Positions 29,135-42,490 of a stretch of 64,000 nt of DNA are shown one piece after another. The notes under the pieces were generated by a model. The model ran no database searches. It had not been told where the DNA came from and saw only the letters and a program-made list of their open reading frames with translations. Numbering within the stretch: the stretch's first letter is position 1; each line of letters begins with the position of its first letter. Position numbers and translations under genes: made by a program. Origin of the DNA: Chrysomallon squamiferum (taxonomy: Eukaryota; Animalia; Mollusca); NCBI GenBank assembly GCA_012295275.1, contig CM022668.1, positions 3,534,001 to 3,598,000 of the forward strand, in the 5' to 3' direction.

Positions 29135-29800
29135 AGTTTGTTATCAAAAGGTTGTATGTCGGTCTGTTGTCAAACTGTTGTATGGCACTTTGTTGTCAAA
29201 CTGTTGTATCTACGTTTGTTGTCAAACTGTTGTATGTCAGTTTGTTATCAAACTGTTGTATGTCACTTTGTTGTCAAACTGTTGTATTCACTTTGTTGTC
29301 AAACTGTTGTATGTAGTTTCTTATCAAACTGTTGTATGTCACTTTGTTGTCAAACTGCTGTATGTCACTTTGTTGTCAAACTGTTGTATGTCACTTTGTT
29401 GTCAAACTGTTGTATCTACGTTTGTTGTCAAACTGTTGTATGTCAGTTTGTTATCAAACTGCTGTATGTCACTTTGTTGTCAAACTGTTGTATGTCACTT
29501 TGTTATTGAAACGTTTGTTGTCAAACTGTTGTATGTCACTTTGTTGTCAAACTGTTCACTTTATCTGTCACTTTGTTGTCAAACTGTTGTATGTCAGTTT
29601 GTTATCAAACTGTTGTATGTCACTTTGTTGTCAAACTGTTGTATTCACTTTGTTGTCAAACTGTTGTATGTCAGTTTCTTATCAAACTGTTGTATGTCAG
29701 TTTGTTGTCAAACTGCTGTATGTCACTTTGTTGTCAAACTGCTGTATGTCACTTTGATATGAAACTGTTGTATACGCCAGTCTGTTATCAAGCTATTGTA
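29135..29800. repeat. 26-bp-unit minisatellite (ACTTTGTTGTCAAACTGTTGTATGTC) with recurring variant blocks
   Basis: Directly visible. The ORF track shows a 26-aa period (three units). Confidence 0.95.
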
Positions 29801-30699
29801 TAAGACATCCTGTAAGTTACTTAAACATTTTTTACATTTGTATAATGCTAGACTGTGTAATTCGCTTATGTTAAAAGGAAGGTCAAGACGACCCATAATA
29901 CACTTTTATCTTAATACACGTAGCATGTTGAAAAGATTTCATGAAATAAAACCATGTTGATTTATTGAGAAGAACAAAAAGTCTGCTTTGAAATGTCCAC
30001 ATTTCACATTAAATACAGTCATTACAGTTTTCTTAAATCAGCATTTCGCACTTTTGTGTTAACTCAAATTGAAGAGTAGTTTTTTAAATCTCGTTTTCTA
30101 CTTAACTGCTTTCATTATTTTAAATCCCTCCCTGTTTATCAGCATAGCACGAAATAACACTGCATTTAGTGTGTGTTGCGTTCCTCGGTTTTCACTGATT
30201 TATTTATTAAAGTAAAATCAGAAAACTATGTGAAAAATAACAATGTTTATATTTTCTGATGAGAACAGGAATGTCAGATTTTTAGCATTATGAAAATGAT
30301 GCAAGTCATGATATTCTTGGTGCTAATAATAAAGAATAAATAAAACAAATAAGAAAAATAATTAAAAAGTGATCAGCGCAAATGAAGAGTTAGAATGAAT
30401 GAATGGATGAATGAGAGTTAATTCTTGAATAGATCTTAAGACATTTTCTTAAGATACATATACTATTAATATCAAAAGGAGGAGGTATTTGCAACGATGG
30501 ATTTTATTTTCATCTTCAACACTGAGCATAAGACTGGAATAGGAAATAGCCTGATGATAAATTATGATGACTAACCTTCCAACCCATTCTTCCACATATT
30601 AATCACGTCTACATCTCTCCACAAACAGAAATTAACTGATAAAAATGTCAGGCAGGACTGGCTGGAACAGATAATTGACTCTGAGAGATTCAATCCTCA

Positions 30700-30910
30700 G
30701 ACGTGCTGATCCTGATATCAGACCTGACAATACCTGACCAATCTTCGTTACAACAGTAGTACGTGCTGGTCAACCTCTGTAAGTGATGGCCTCTATGACC
30801 TCGTGGCATGCGACCTGCCACTGTGACATGTGTCACTTATACAACCAGATTACATGTGACATGTTGTATCTGTCTACCTGTCCTGTCACAGTGATTGATG
30901 GTGACCGCAC
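30700..30910. promoter_or_regulatory. Candidate enhancer: cluster of TGACA/TGTCA sites with a CTGTCA + TGATTGATGG composite
   Basis: CTGTCA at 30883-30888 lies 3 bp from TGATTGATGG at 30892-30901. Palindromic GTGACATGTGTCAC at about 30824-30837. Motif match only. Confidence 0.25.
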
Positions 30911-33900
30911 TCTGCAGTGTGTACTGGACATTCCTACTGTCCAATCTGACTAAATAAATAATGTATACATATGTCCTTCATGTCCACTGACAAACACTGC
31001 CGAACAAATATATCAGAGGCCGTTCAGGAGATAGGATTTACCCATTCACTTGAATATGAGGATGTTAGTGTGTCTTCTAATAGCATCATCCAGGTTTCAA
31101 AGACACAAACACGCAGAAAGACAACGCATGCGCATACATATATATACACAATACAAACAATAAGCACACAATACATAACAAACACACTCATATGCACAGA
31201 ACCACACATAACTATGTAACACGAAAAAAATTTACTAACAGAGCAAAACCGAGAGTATGAATAAATAACAAATACAGACAGTAGTAGTTGGAAAGGAGAA
31301 TTACAAGATGTTTATAAAAAGGTTACAGGTCTCAGCTCTACACAATGGTAGTTTATCTATGATTTTAATTAGATTGCAGAAACAATAACAAGTATTAATT
31401 AACTACAGTAATATAAACAACACTTCCTCGCTGTTAGATTCTTATCACAGAATCAGATATTTTAATTATCATAAATTCGTCTTACGGGTTCAGAACGGCT
31501 CTTCTAGCTGATTTCTAGAACTAATACGTCTATAAAACACGCAGTAAAATAATCTAGCTTTACGCAGGAAATGAATTGCTTCTCAGCCGACGGAAATTTC
31601 TCGAAGGAAAAACTTTAATTCTGTTCTGGAAGAAAGATTTTTCAGATTTCTGATTGTCGATCTGTTTTACCAAGAAAACTTAATTATTAGTCTTGTTTAT
31701 TTTTAATATTTACGTTTGTGTGTGTGTGTGTGTGTGTATGTGTGTGTATGTGTGTGCAAAAAAAGAAAATATATAAATGAAATCAAAAGTAAAGAAGCCA
31801 GATCGTTAATTGGGACATGTTAAATCATTATCAATACAGCAAACAACTAGTGCTGCTTACAAAACATTTTGTCGTTTTATCGTATTTAGTAAGTTGTTCA
31901 CCAGCGAAAAGCTCCAGAGGATAATAAATTAACTGTCTAGACATGATTTGTTCTGAAATAACTCTTTTAAAAATCTCACACGAAACTCCAATTTATAACA
32001 TTTGACGTACTGCTTCAACATTGGCAGCAAGTCCACGTGCTGTTGAAAAGAAACTGCGAGGTAGTTCTTTAGACAGCATCAGCTATGTGTGACGTCACAT
32101 TCCAGATCTGTTATAACTGATAGCTGTTGTTGTGAAGATGTTTTTTCTTTGTTTTCATGTTTTTGTTGGCATCGTCAGATGCACAAATTTCTAAATTCTC
32201 TGTTAGCGTGAAATCATCAACATTCTGTGCACTGAACTGAACTGCGAAGTCAGAGATTAACTCGTTTCATGCAGCACATTTACCACTTTGGGATCGCCTG
32301 TTACCACAGTAACTATTTACAGACAGACAGACTGATGTATGGCTTTAAGAAAGGTAAATCAACTAATTAAATAAACAAAATAAATAATTAATAAATAAAA
32401 TATGATGATGATGATGATGCTATAAATCTGTTTGCCAACACGAGAAGAACATGACGATTCACATATTTTATTGATGTCAGAAATTTGTTGTACAAAAAGA
32501 CCTCAGAAGAAATATATATATGTTATGTTCTAAAAGATATCGATTTAATATCATTTCTTTATTATTATTAATTTTTTTTTTTTAACCAGACAAAAATAAC
32601 TAATCAGATGTAACTTTTATCAGAAGTTGTTAGATTTAAATTTAAGAATAATTTTAGCTGTTGCAGTATGAATCAAAACAAGTTTTAAAAATAAGTACAT
32701 AAATACATAATTTTAAAAAAAGAGAAAATTTAGTCAAATAAAGAATGTATACACATATACAGTCAGATACAGGCAAAAACAATAGCTCTATGTCAAATAA
32801 AAAAATAATAATAATAATTATAAAAGAAGGGGAGGAGAAAGATAGTATTGTAGAGAGTGTAAATAATGAAGGACAATGAAAGAACGAGCGAACAAGAGAA
32901 TAACAAAAAGAAAAAAGGAGAGACAAATCAGGAAAGAGAAAGTGTAAGGTTAGAGACAGATAGCTACTATACTGATTGGCAGCCAGGCAGTATGCAGGTA
33001 GATAGTTAAATAGACAGACAGACAGAGAGACAGACAGACAGAGAGACAGAGAGAGACGGGGACGGATGAATGGATATATTAATATAATGGTTTATCTGTC
33101 AGTTTGGAACGACACACAGGGAACTACAGTGGAATGGAAAAGTAATATGTGGCAACTCGGCTACGTCTAATATGAGCACAACGTAACTGACAGATCTGGG
33201 TGAAAGTGGTTTGTCCTCTGAAGACATCTGTCAAAATCTAATGAAAAGAAAACAGTATTAAATACCACCCTCGTCACCAAAAGCAGCAAAAATTAAGCTA
33301 GTTTAATTTTAAGGAATGGAGTTAGTGTTGCTTCCTTGAACAAAATGTCAGATCAGGATTCAATCTAAAATAAAAAAAAATGAAAAAAAATAAAAAAAGA
33401 TAAAAGAAGAAGCAAAATAGAATTCCTTCGAAGAACTTACTCTGCTAACTTTAGTCGACATCAATAAAGTAGAAAAGTTTCAGTGACTTGCGGCGTTTAT
33501 CTGGAATCAGTAAGACCGAACACCTTAGGATTTAATTACACGGTTAAAATGGTGACAAATGACGAGAGCGATTTAGTAAGAGAGAGAGATGGACGTCTAG
33601 CGTCAGTAACCACGCTGCCTAATCACCTGTCTCATTCACACACAATGGCTGTGATACTCGCAGACGAATGCTCATTTTGTCTCGATTGTCTGAATGATTC
33701 ACCGATGAGTCGTCGTCAGAAAAGGAAGTACACGGATTGGGGTTTGTGTAATGAGTCCATTTTGTTCACTTGTTTGAGCTGTTAAATGTTTCACCGTGAG
33801 TTGCTGCAGTGAGTCGTTTTTATCGCAGATGGTTTCATGGTAAATGCATTTAATTTTCTGACATTACCGCAAATAACGCTAAAACAAGAATCCACTGAAA

Positions 33901-33980
33901 TATCTTGTAGAAACACTAGCAATGATCGTCACCAAAGAAAACACAAATGAAAACTAAGGGAATAAATAGTAACAATAAAC

Positions 33981-34021
<41 letters not shown>

Positions 34022-34379
34022 TTAATATTAATTTTGTGTATTTGTTCTTTTAAATAAAGATGTAATCATTAAAAATTTGTTTAGCAGATCGTTCATTTGC
34101 TGTTTTAATTAAGGAAATAAAACTTTTACATATCTGTAGAACAGAAATTAAAACGACTAACTCTGGACAAGATAACACAAAGTGTGAGAAGGTCATTTGT
34201 GATTCGCTGTGACAGAGTGACAGAGTAAAATCAGTGTCATTGTCACTTCTAACAGTGACATGATCACTCGAATTCACTAAAAATAAAACTCGATGCGTGG
34301 TTTTAAGAGATTGGCTGTAATAAAAGAGAAGTACAATGCACGGTTACAAGAGGACACTATTATGAAAAGGCTGTTTAAA

Positions 34380-34790
34380 TTGGGATTAATCAACATCGGG
34401 TGTTTGTTGTAAAACACCATTCCAACAACGACGTTATCAGCGTCAGCTTCAAAATGCCAATATCGACGACATCGGGGATTAGCATTGTAAAACAGTTGTC
34501 TGGTGACAAAGGAAATCCATACTGGTTAAACAAAGTAATTAGTGGTCATTGTTCGGACTGACTACGGGCACGCTGCCGCTGCGGGAGATGACGTCACTGA
34601 GGATGTTAATTTTGTCGGACTCATTGTGTGAGCATTCCTCGGCATGCTGTTGACACCTTCTGTTAATTAATTCTCAAGTTAATTTTCTACTGAATTATGT
34701 GACGAGCAATCTAAGACTGTCAAGTGGGTTAGTCATAGTCACTGACGTAATGACCACTTCAGAAAGTTTGTCGGAGGCTTGTGATTCTAT
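34380..34790. promoter_or_regulatory. CpG/GC-enriched non-coding island with a perfect CRE palindrome
   Basis: TGACGTCA at 34589-34596, CRE half-site TGACGTAA at about 34743, locally high CpG in an AT-rich background. Confidence 0.2.
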
Positions 34791-35405
34791 ATATTTGTTT
34801 TCTGTAGGACATTCATTGTAAACATGAATTTATTTTTAAGACCAGATATTGTTAAACGTAGCAGAGTTGCAGGAAAATTATGTTTAATTAATACTTACTG
34901 GGTAATCTATGTTATTTACTAACTGAAAAACGGTGAAACACTCATTTCATGAAATATAATATATGAAATAATTAACGATGTTATTTAAATATATCAAAAA
35001 TGTAAATGTTATATTTATTTATAGGTCCTGGTACATCTGCATGTTAGCCAGACCATGAAGGGTGTTCAAGCTACCCAAGAGATGCTGATTTGGCATATCG
35101 TTTTTGTAACCTTCAGCTTCTTACATATAACTAAAGATTATTTACTTTCAAAGGTAATATTTGTGACGTGAAATTCTGAAAACACTTAGAAATATGACTA
35201 CATTTGAATTCAAAATAAAATGAAAGCACACAACCTTGGGCAGGTCGAGTATACCATTATTATAAATTGATTTTCTTATGCAGTCTGAGTAATTCAGTTT
35301 CTGATGTCATTGAAATGGTCAGCTGGACATCAATATATATTGTGTGTGCGTGCTTGCATACATACATACATACATACATACATACATACATACATACGTA
35401 CATAC

Positions 35406-35441
<36 letters not shown>

Positions 35442-36590
35442 AACTGAATGACTGATTGATTGATTGATTGACTGAGTTAATAACAGATGGTGAGAACATA
35501 CCAAAAGAAGACAGTAGATCGATATCTTGAACTGTGCTGTAGAGAATGTTACAGAGGGAAATCACTGAAAAACACAGCTGATACTTTTCAGATTCCGGAA
35601 GAGACGCTAAGACTTGTCATAAAGAAAAGGGTTAAAAGTTAAAATCTTTCCCACGAAGCTGTTAACATGTCACGTTTTCACAGAGGTGGAGGAGGAAAAA
35701 CTGACTGAATATATTTTAACAACGTCGCATACTGGCTTCCCATTGCATCCTCAGACATTAAGATAATTGGTCTTTCAGCTTGCTGAACAAAATCAGAAGA
35801 AATTTCCAACTACATGGGTCGAAAATGGGATGGACGTCGTCAACGTTTATCTTATTACATACTCGTTGTGTATTTATGTGAGGATATTTAATACATTATC
35901 TTGAGCTGCCTCAAAGGTGATCAACCTTGGTAGGTCCATTATATTTTACATTTGTCTTCGTGCATATTTTTGCCTTTTTCTAATAATTAAAATGTTTTCC
36001 AGTCCAAAAGAGCCGTTTTACGCGAAAAAGAAAAGAATAAAAAAATATATAAATAATAACAAGAGAAAAAAGAATAAAAATAAAAAGTCTCATACTTGTA
36101 TGCCAAGTTATCGGATGACAATAAACATTTTTGTTTTGCCTTCATTATATTATTTTAAGCTGTTGTTTTTTATTTATATGTTTATCAATAGCACTTCAAG
36201 TTATTTTGAAATAAATCACGTTTTGTGTTTGTTTGAAAGTATTTGTTTTGTGTGTGACTGTTCCCGTAGCCGCTCCCCAGAGTGATGCACCCTGCTCCAG
36301 CCCGGGGTGGGGGGGCCAGTTTGAGTATTTATCTTCAACCATTGCTAAGTAAAAGAGAATAACAAATCAGGATATTTCAAACATTTGTAACTGCTCCTAA
36401 ATAATGAAAGTATCTCTTAAACCACTATGAGGGTTTGTTTTCTGATCTGTATTTTGAATTAAAGGTTAAAATGCCAAAACATATGCAGCCTGTTTTCGTC
36501 TCTCCTGTACAGATTTTGTTGATGCATCGTTTTTCAACAACATCGAATACCTATTGGTATATAAAACAGCCTAAGTTTATAGATGAAAAA

Positions 36591-36621
<31 letters not shown>

Positions 36622-37726
36622 ATACTGAAATTAATAGAGATTAGTTTATAATGATCTTTTGACGAAAAATAAAAAAATAAAAACAAATTAAATAATAAAT
36701 ATATAAAAACATGTTAACACAACTTAAAAACCCAGAACACAATATAAAATTTAAAAAAAAGAGAAGAAAGAAAATAAATGAGAACAAAGAAGAGAGAAAG
36801 GAATGGACATAATTTCCAGCTATTGCAGTATCTCAGTGCACGTTCTCTGAGATGAGGTGTCGACGAGTCGAGACAGTAATTAACCTTGTGTTTAACCCTG
36901 GGTCAGAGAAAGAAAGAAAGAATCAGACAAATTAGAAAGAAATCTCGATAAAATATGCCCACTGTCACCACGACTCGAGCCGTGCAGACTATTTAGTTAA
37001 TCTAGATAAATCTCAAAGTCGTGTTCTCACACTTAAGTACCCAGAGGATTTAATTCAGAATGCAATTACAGCTCCCCTCAATGTGGAAATACAACTGGGA
37101 AAAACTGATCTTAATGAATAAATATTTTCCAGACGTTCTCACTTAAGAATATTCTTTTCCCTTCCATATTGATTTTCCAATCACGCTGTCGACTGTAGAA
37201 GTGTGAGCTGTACTTCATCTTTCATCCCGTCCTCCGGACCTTTCTCCCCAATACTTTAAAAACCTAATTCATCCCAACAAATTGTCAGTACTGAGAAACA
37301 GAATTGAAAATCGCAGGCTCGACTCGTAGGAGGAAACTGTAATCACAGCAGCGGGATGAAGACTGGGACGGAGCCTGCAATCATGTCTGACTCTCTGAGG
37401 ATGGCGGTGATTTCGGTTGACAGCTAAAGACAGGTGGATCTAGGAGTTGAGAATAGTCAATAGAAAGATTTAAAACCGACTGGTTGAAAAAAAATGGGGA
37501 TTAAATACGACTGTTACAACACTGTGTGCAGATAGCACCGTGAACCAAGCAGGATTTTCGAGCATTTCATGTGGCGACATCGAAATTTGTGAAGAAAAAA
37601 CCCAGAACATTTTTTTCCTTTTAAAATAACTTAAAATGTAATAATCACGATGTCAGTAGTAGTAGTAGTAGCAGTAGTTTTAATAATAATAGTAGTAGCA
37701 GCAGCAGCAACACTAGTAGGAGTAGC

Positions 37727-37787
<61 letters not shown>

Positions 37788-39204
37788 TTATCCATCTGAA
37801 AATAAATAGTGAAAAGAAAAATATGAAATTTTTATGAAGTTTGTTAAAACTTGGAAACTAAATACAAATGAATGTTGTTCTTTCTCAGTAAGCCAGCCAC
37901 AAATAAACGAAAAACATAATTTTGGGGTGTTTACATTTCAAAAACATAAAAGACAGAATTGCTTTAAACTTACATGCTCAAACTAATGTTCTGAGAAATA
38001 AGAATCCGTTTCGAAATGATTTAATTATTTTTTTGAAAATATCGCTCTGCCTATATTTCAACTCTATGACCCTTTTTCGTTTTTCTTTACCGCCGTTAGT
38101 CCGGCTCACAGTGTGGTGTGTGTTTTGATCGCTCTGAGCACGTGCAGTATTTTAAGTTTCTATTAGCAGCTTTTACACCACATTTAAACCTGGGTCTGTA
38201 TTTATTAAAAAAACAAAAAAAAACAAAAACAAAAAAACCCATCGAAATTAGCTTTTACATGATTATTATTATTATTATTATTATTATTCATTCATTCATT
38301 CATTCATTCATCCATTCCATTGTTCGTATTGGATAAGTTTAACTGCTATAGACTGGTCTGTGTTGTTGAACACTGAGGTCTCTGTTCACTCTATGGTGTG
38401 TGTTTTATCTCTGGGTATTAAATACAGTCGCGGAGAAGAGAAACAAAACCGACTTGACATTGTAAGATCCCCCAAGAGGAGATAACTCCATTTATCATTC
38501 CATAATGTCAGCCTGTTATTTGATTTGGTGTATACGTAATTAAATATAACTTTTTTTTTCCTTTACTTTTTCTTGGTTTTCTTTATTTTAATTTTTTTTT
38601 TTTTTAAATTCATCTCTTGAAATGTAATAAATATAGACCAGTTCGCAAGTATAAATAAATAAATAAATAAATAATATGTTCTCTTGCATTCAATAACTGA
38701 ACAAACGCTTTTTAAACATAAAAACAGTAGCAAAATATTTTCTTTTATAATAATAATTATTTGCAAAATGTAAAATTTTAAAATTTTAAATTATTTAATA
38801 ACAGAAAAATATTGTTATATAAAATAAAAAGCTAATCAAAAATCAGTATCATTTTTAAAATTTTAATTGTCCTTTTATTGCTACTGTTAATATATGGAGC
38901 CCTATTTATTTCTGAATAGTCAGTAAACTGTTGTGTGACCTGCATAATTATTAAATATTCTTATTTTCGAAATTAATTTGGAAATTAAAATACTTTTTAA
39001 TATGCGAGCTTGAGTGAAATCGACTTAAAGAGCAGTGTACGAGTTCACAAAATTTAATATACGTACATATTATTTAGATTATAATTGTAAACACTTTAAA
39101 AATAAAAAAGTTATGTTGAAGGTAAGCAGTCCTAATTATATTATTTACTTTGTCATTTCCAAAAAATGCTTTGAAAAATCATTTTTCTAATGTATTTATT
39201 TAAA

Positions 39205-40270
39205 GTATTACTGATGCAACTATTACTGATACTGCTGCAACAACTATTTTTGAAACTATTGCTAGTATTCCTTCTACTACTACAGCTGTTACTGATATTA
39301 CTACTACTGCATCTACTACTACTGATATTACTACTACTGCATCTACTACTACAGCTGTTAACAATACTACTGCTGCATCTACTAGTACAGCTGTTACTGA
39401 TACTTCTACTGCATTTACTACTACAGCTTTTACTGATATTACTACTGCTGCTTCTACTACTACAGCTGTTACTGATATTACTACTACTGCTTCTACTACT
39501 ACAGCTGTTACTGATATCACTACTGCTGCTTATACTACTACAGCTGTTAATGATACTTCTACTGCATGTACTACTACAGCTGTTACTGATATTACTACTA
39601 CTGGGTCTACTACTGCAGCTGTTCGTGATACTTCTATTGCATCTACTACTACAGCTGTTACTGATATTACTACTACTGCTTCTACTGCTACAGCTGTTAC
39701 TGATACTTCTACTGCATCTACTACTACAGCTGATACTGATATTACTGCTGTTGCTTCTACTACTACAGCTGTTAATGATACTTCTACTGCTTCTACTGCT
39801 TCTACTACTACAGCTGTTACTGATACTTCTACTGCATCTACTACTACAGCTGTTACTGATATTACTACTACTGCATCTACTACTACAGCTGTTACTGATA
39901 TTACTACTACTGCTTCTACTACTACAGCTTTTACTGATACTTCTACTGCATCTACTCCTACAGCTGTTACTGATATTACTACTAAAGCTGTTAATGATAC
40001 TTCTACTGCTTCTACTACAACAGGTGTGACTGATATTACTTCTACTGCTTCTACTACTAAAATATTACTGATACTTCTTCTATTCTGACTATTACTGATA
40101 CTACTGCTATTGCTTTTACTACAACAACTATTACAGAAACTTCTATTACTATTGCTTCTACTACTACAACTATGATAATTCAATACCACCTATTATTTTA
40201 CACCTCTGTACTATGTTAGGCCAGAATATAGTACAGTCAGAACTATGACAACTGCTACTTCTACAACTAA
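39205..40270. repeat. (ACT)-derived minisatellite with 33-39-bp units (ACTACTACAGCTGTTACTGATATTACTACTACTGCTTCT)
   Basis: Directly visible. It explains the poly-Leu and poly-Val ORFs. Confidence 0.93.
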
Positions 40271-40790
40271 TAAATAAAAATAAAAATATTAAGGTATTTC
40301 TCAGTATCAGTGCTGGAAGTAGCTGTACAAGGACGTACAAGCAAATGAACACATTCTGTGACTTTCAGTCTAATGGCCACTGATCTCTTTAAAATGTCAG
40401 AGAAAGGCTGGTCAAATATAGTAACAGCTATTTCACTCTCTTGATTAAATACATCAGTGACTTCAGCAACCATCTTTATCTTCGGGTAAATTCATGATCA
40501 TGTCAGATAAGCTTGCAACACCTAAGAAAAAAAAAAGTCCTTACTGAAAGAAAAGAAAAAAATGAAAAAAGAAATAAATAAAAAAATAAAATGAAAAAAG
40601 AAATATAAAAAGAAAAGAATGGAAAAAGAAAAGTGGAATTTTTTCATGAACTGTTTGTGTGTGTATTTGTCAGAGAGAAAGAAGAAGACAGACAAATTTT
40701 ACATTAATTAATACTCAATAAAACACACACAGATATACATACACATACACATAATAACTAATCACATGTATGTGTATGTATGTATGTATG

Positions 40791-40843
<53 letters not shown>

Positions 40844-41854
40844 GTATATGTATATGTATATGCATACCTATGCACGTAAATAAACATACAGATGACAAAG
40901 AATAAAAACAGAAGAAGAGAGATAGAAAAATGTAAAATACTATGTATGACAAATAGTTTTTACTAAGTGATGGCTGCAGTGGAGCTCTTTTCTTTAATCA
41001 GATAAAACTGAGAGTTCTCTGCCCTGTAACCACTCAGTTACTGGAGCTGCAATGAGATTAACCTGCCACTGGCCTAGCAGATAACCAGCAGATGTGTAAA
41101 ATAATAGATGGTATTGAATTAACAAAGTTCCAGCTTATTCAGTTTGGCCACAGCTCACTCATTATTAATCAATGTACATGAGCTACACACACTGTAAGAA
41201 ACACAATCAGACACACAGATGTACTAACACATTAAGAGACAATACTGAACAGTTGTTGAAGGAAAATTAAAATTAATTTAAAATAAATCTACTACAACTA
41301 CTACTACTATTGCTGCTGCTGCTACTCTACTGCTACTATTGCTACTACTATTATTATTACAACTATTTTTAATAGTAATAATGATAATAATAATAATAAG
41401 AAGAAGAAGAAGAAGAAGAAGAAGAAAAGATAAAATATAAAATGACTTGTGACTTCAGTGATTTGCATAATGAAATGTGCATTTTAAGAAATGAAAATAA
41501 TCTTCTTGATATGCATTCACCACTGAAGACTCTTCACACAGTTAAGAAAAAAAAAGTTTAAAAAGAAAGGAAATTAAAAGAGAGATGAATCATGTATTAC
41601 TTTACAGAGAAGGGTGAAATCCTTGTTGTGCTCAGATGAGACATTTTGAAATATTCAAATTTTTTCAAACTCTTTGGCTAAGTAAATTAAATTCACATTA
41701 TGAGATTTTCTTTTATACAAAAATGTATGGGGATAAATGCTGATGATATCTTTGTAAAAAAAAGAAAAAATATAAGAAAAGAAAAGTAAAAAAAAAAGAA
41801 CAAAGGAAAGAAAAATATAAGAAATTCAATATATACTCCATGTCTGGACACTTT

Positions 41855-42439
41855 GATATATATATGTATATGTGTGTGTGGGTATGTATATATATGTGTG
41901 TGTGTGTGTGTGTATGTGTATATGTGTGTGTGTGTGTATATATATATGAGTGTGTGTGTATATATATATGTTTGTGTGTGTATATATATGTATGTGTGTG
42001 TGTATATATGTGACTTCATGCAAATATGCATGTATATATATGTATGTGTGTGTGTATATATATATGTGTGTATGTGTGTGTATATATATGTGTGTGTGTA
42101 TATATGTGTGTATGTATATATATGTGTGTGTTTGTGTGTGTGTATATATATATGTGTGTGTGTGTATATATATGTGTGTGTATATGTGTGTATACATATG
42201 TGTGTATATGTATATATATGTGTGTGTGTATATGTATATATGTGTGAGTGTGTATATATATGTGTGTGTATATATGTGTGTGTGTGTGTATATGTGTGTG
42301 TGTATATATATGTGTGTGTGTATATGTATATATATATGTGTGTGTGTATATATATGTGTGTGTGTGTGTATATATATATACATATACACACACATATATA
42401 TATATATATATACATATACACACACATATATATATATAT

Positions 42440-42473
<34 letters not shown>

Positions 42474-42490
42474 GCATGTATATACACACT
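41855..42490. repeat. Alternating purine-pyrimidine (TG/TA)n tract that switches to (CA/TA)n at about 42375
   Basis: Directly visible. Confidence 0.95.
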
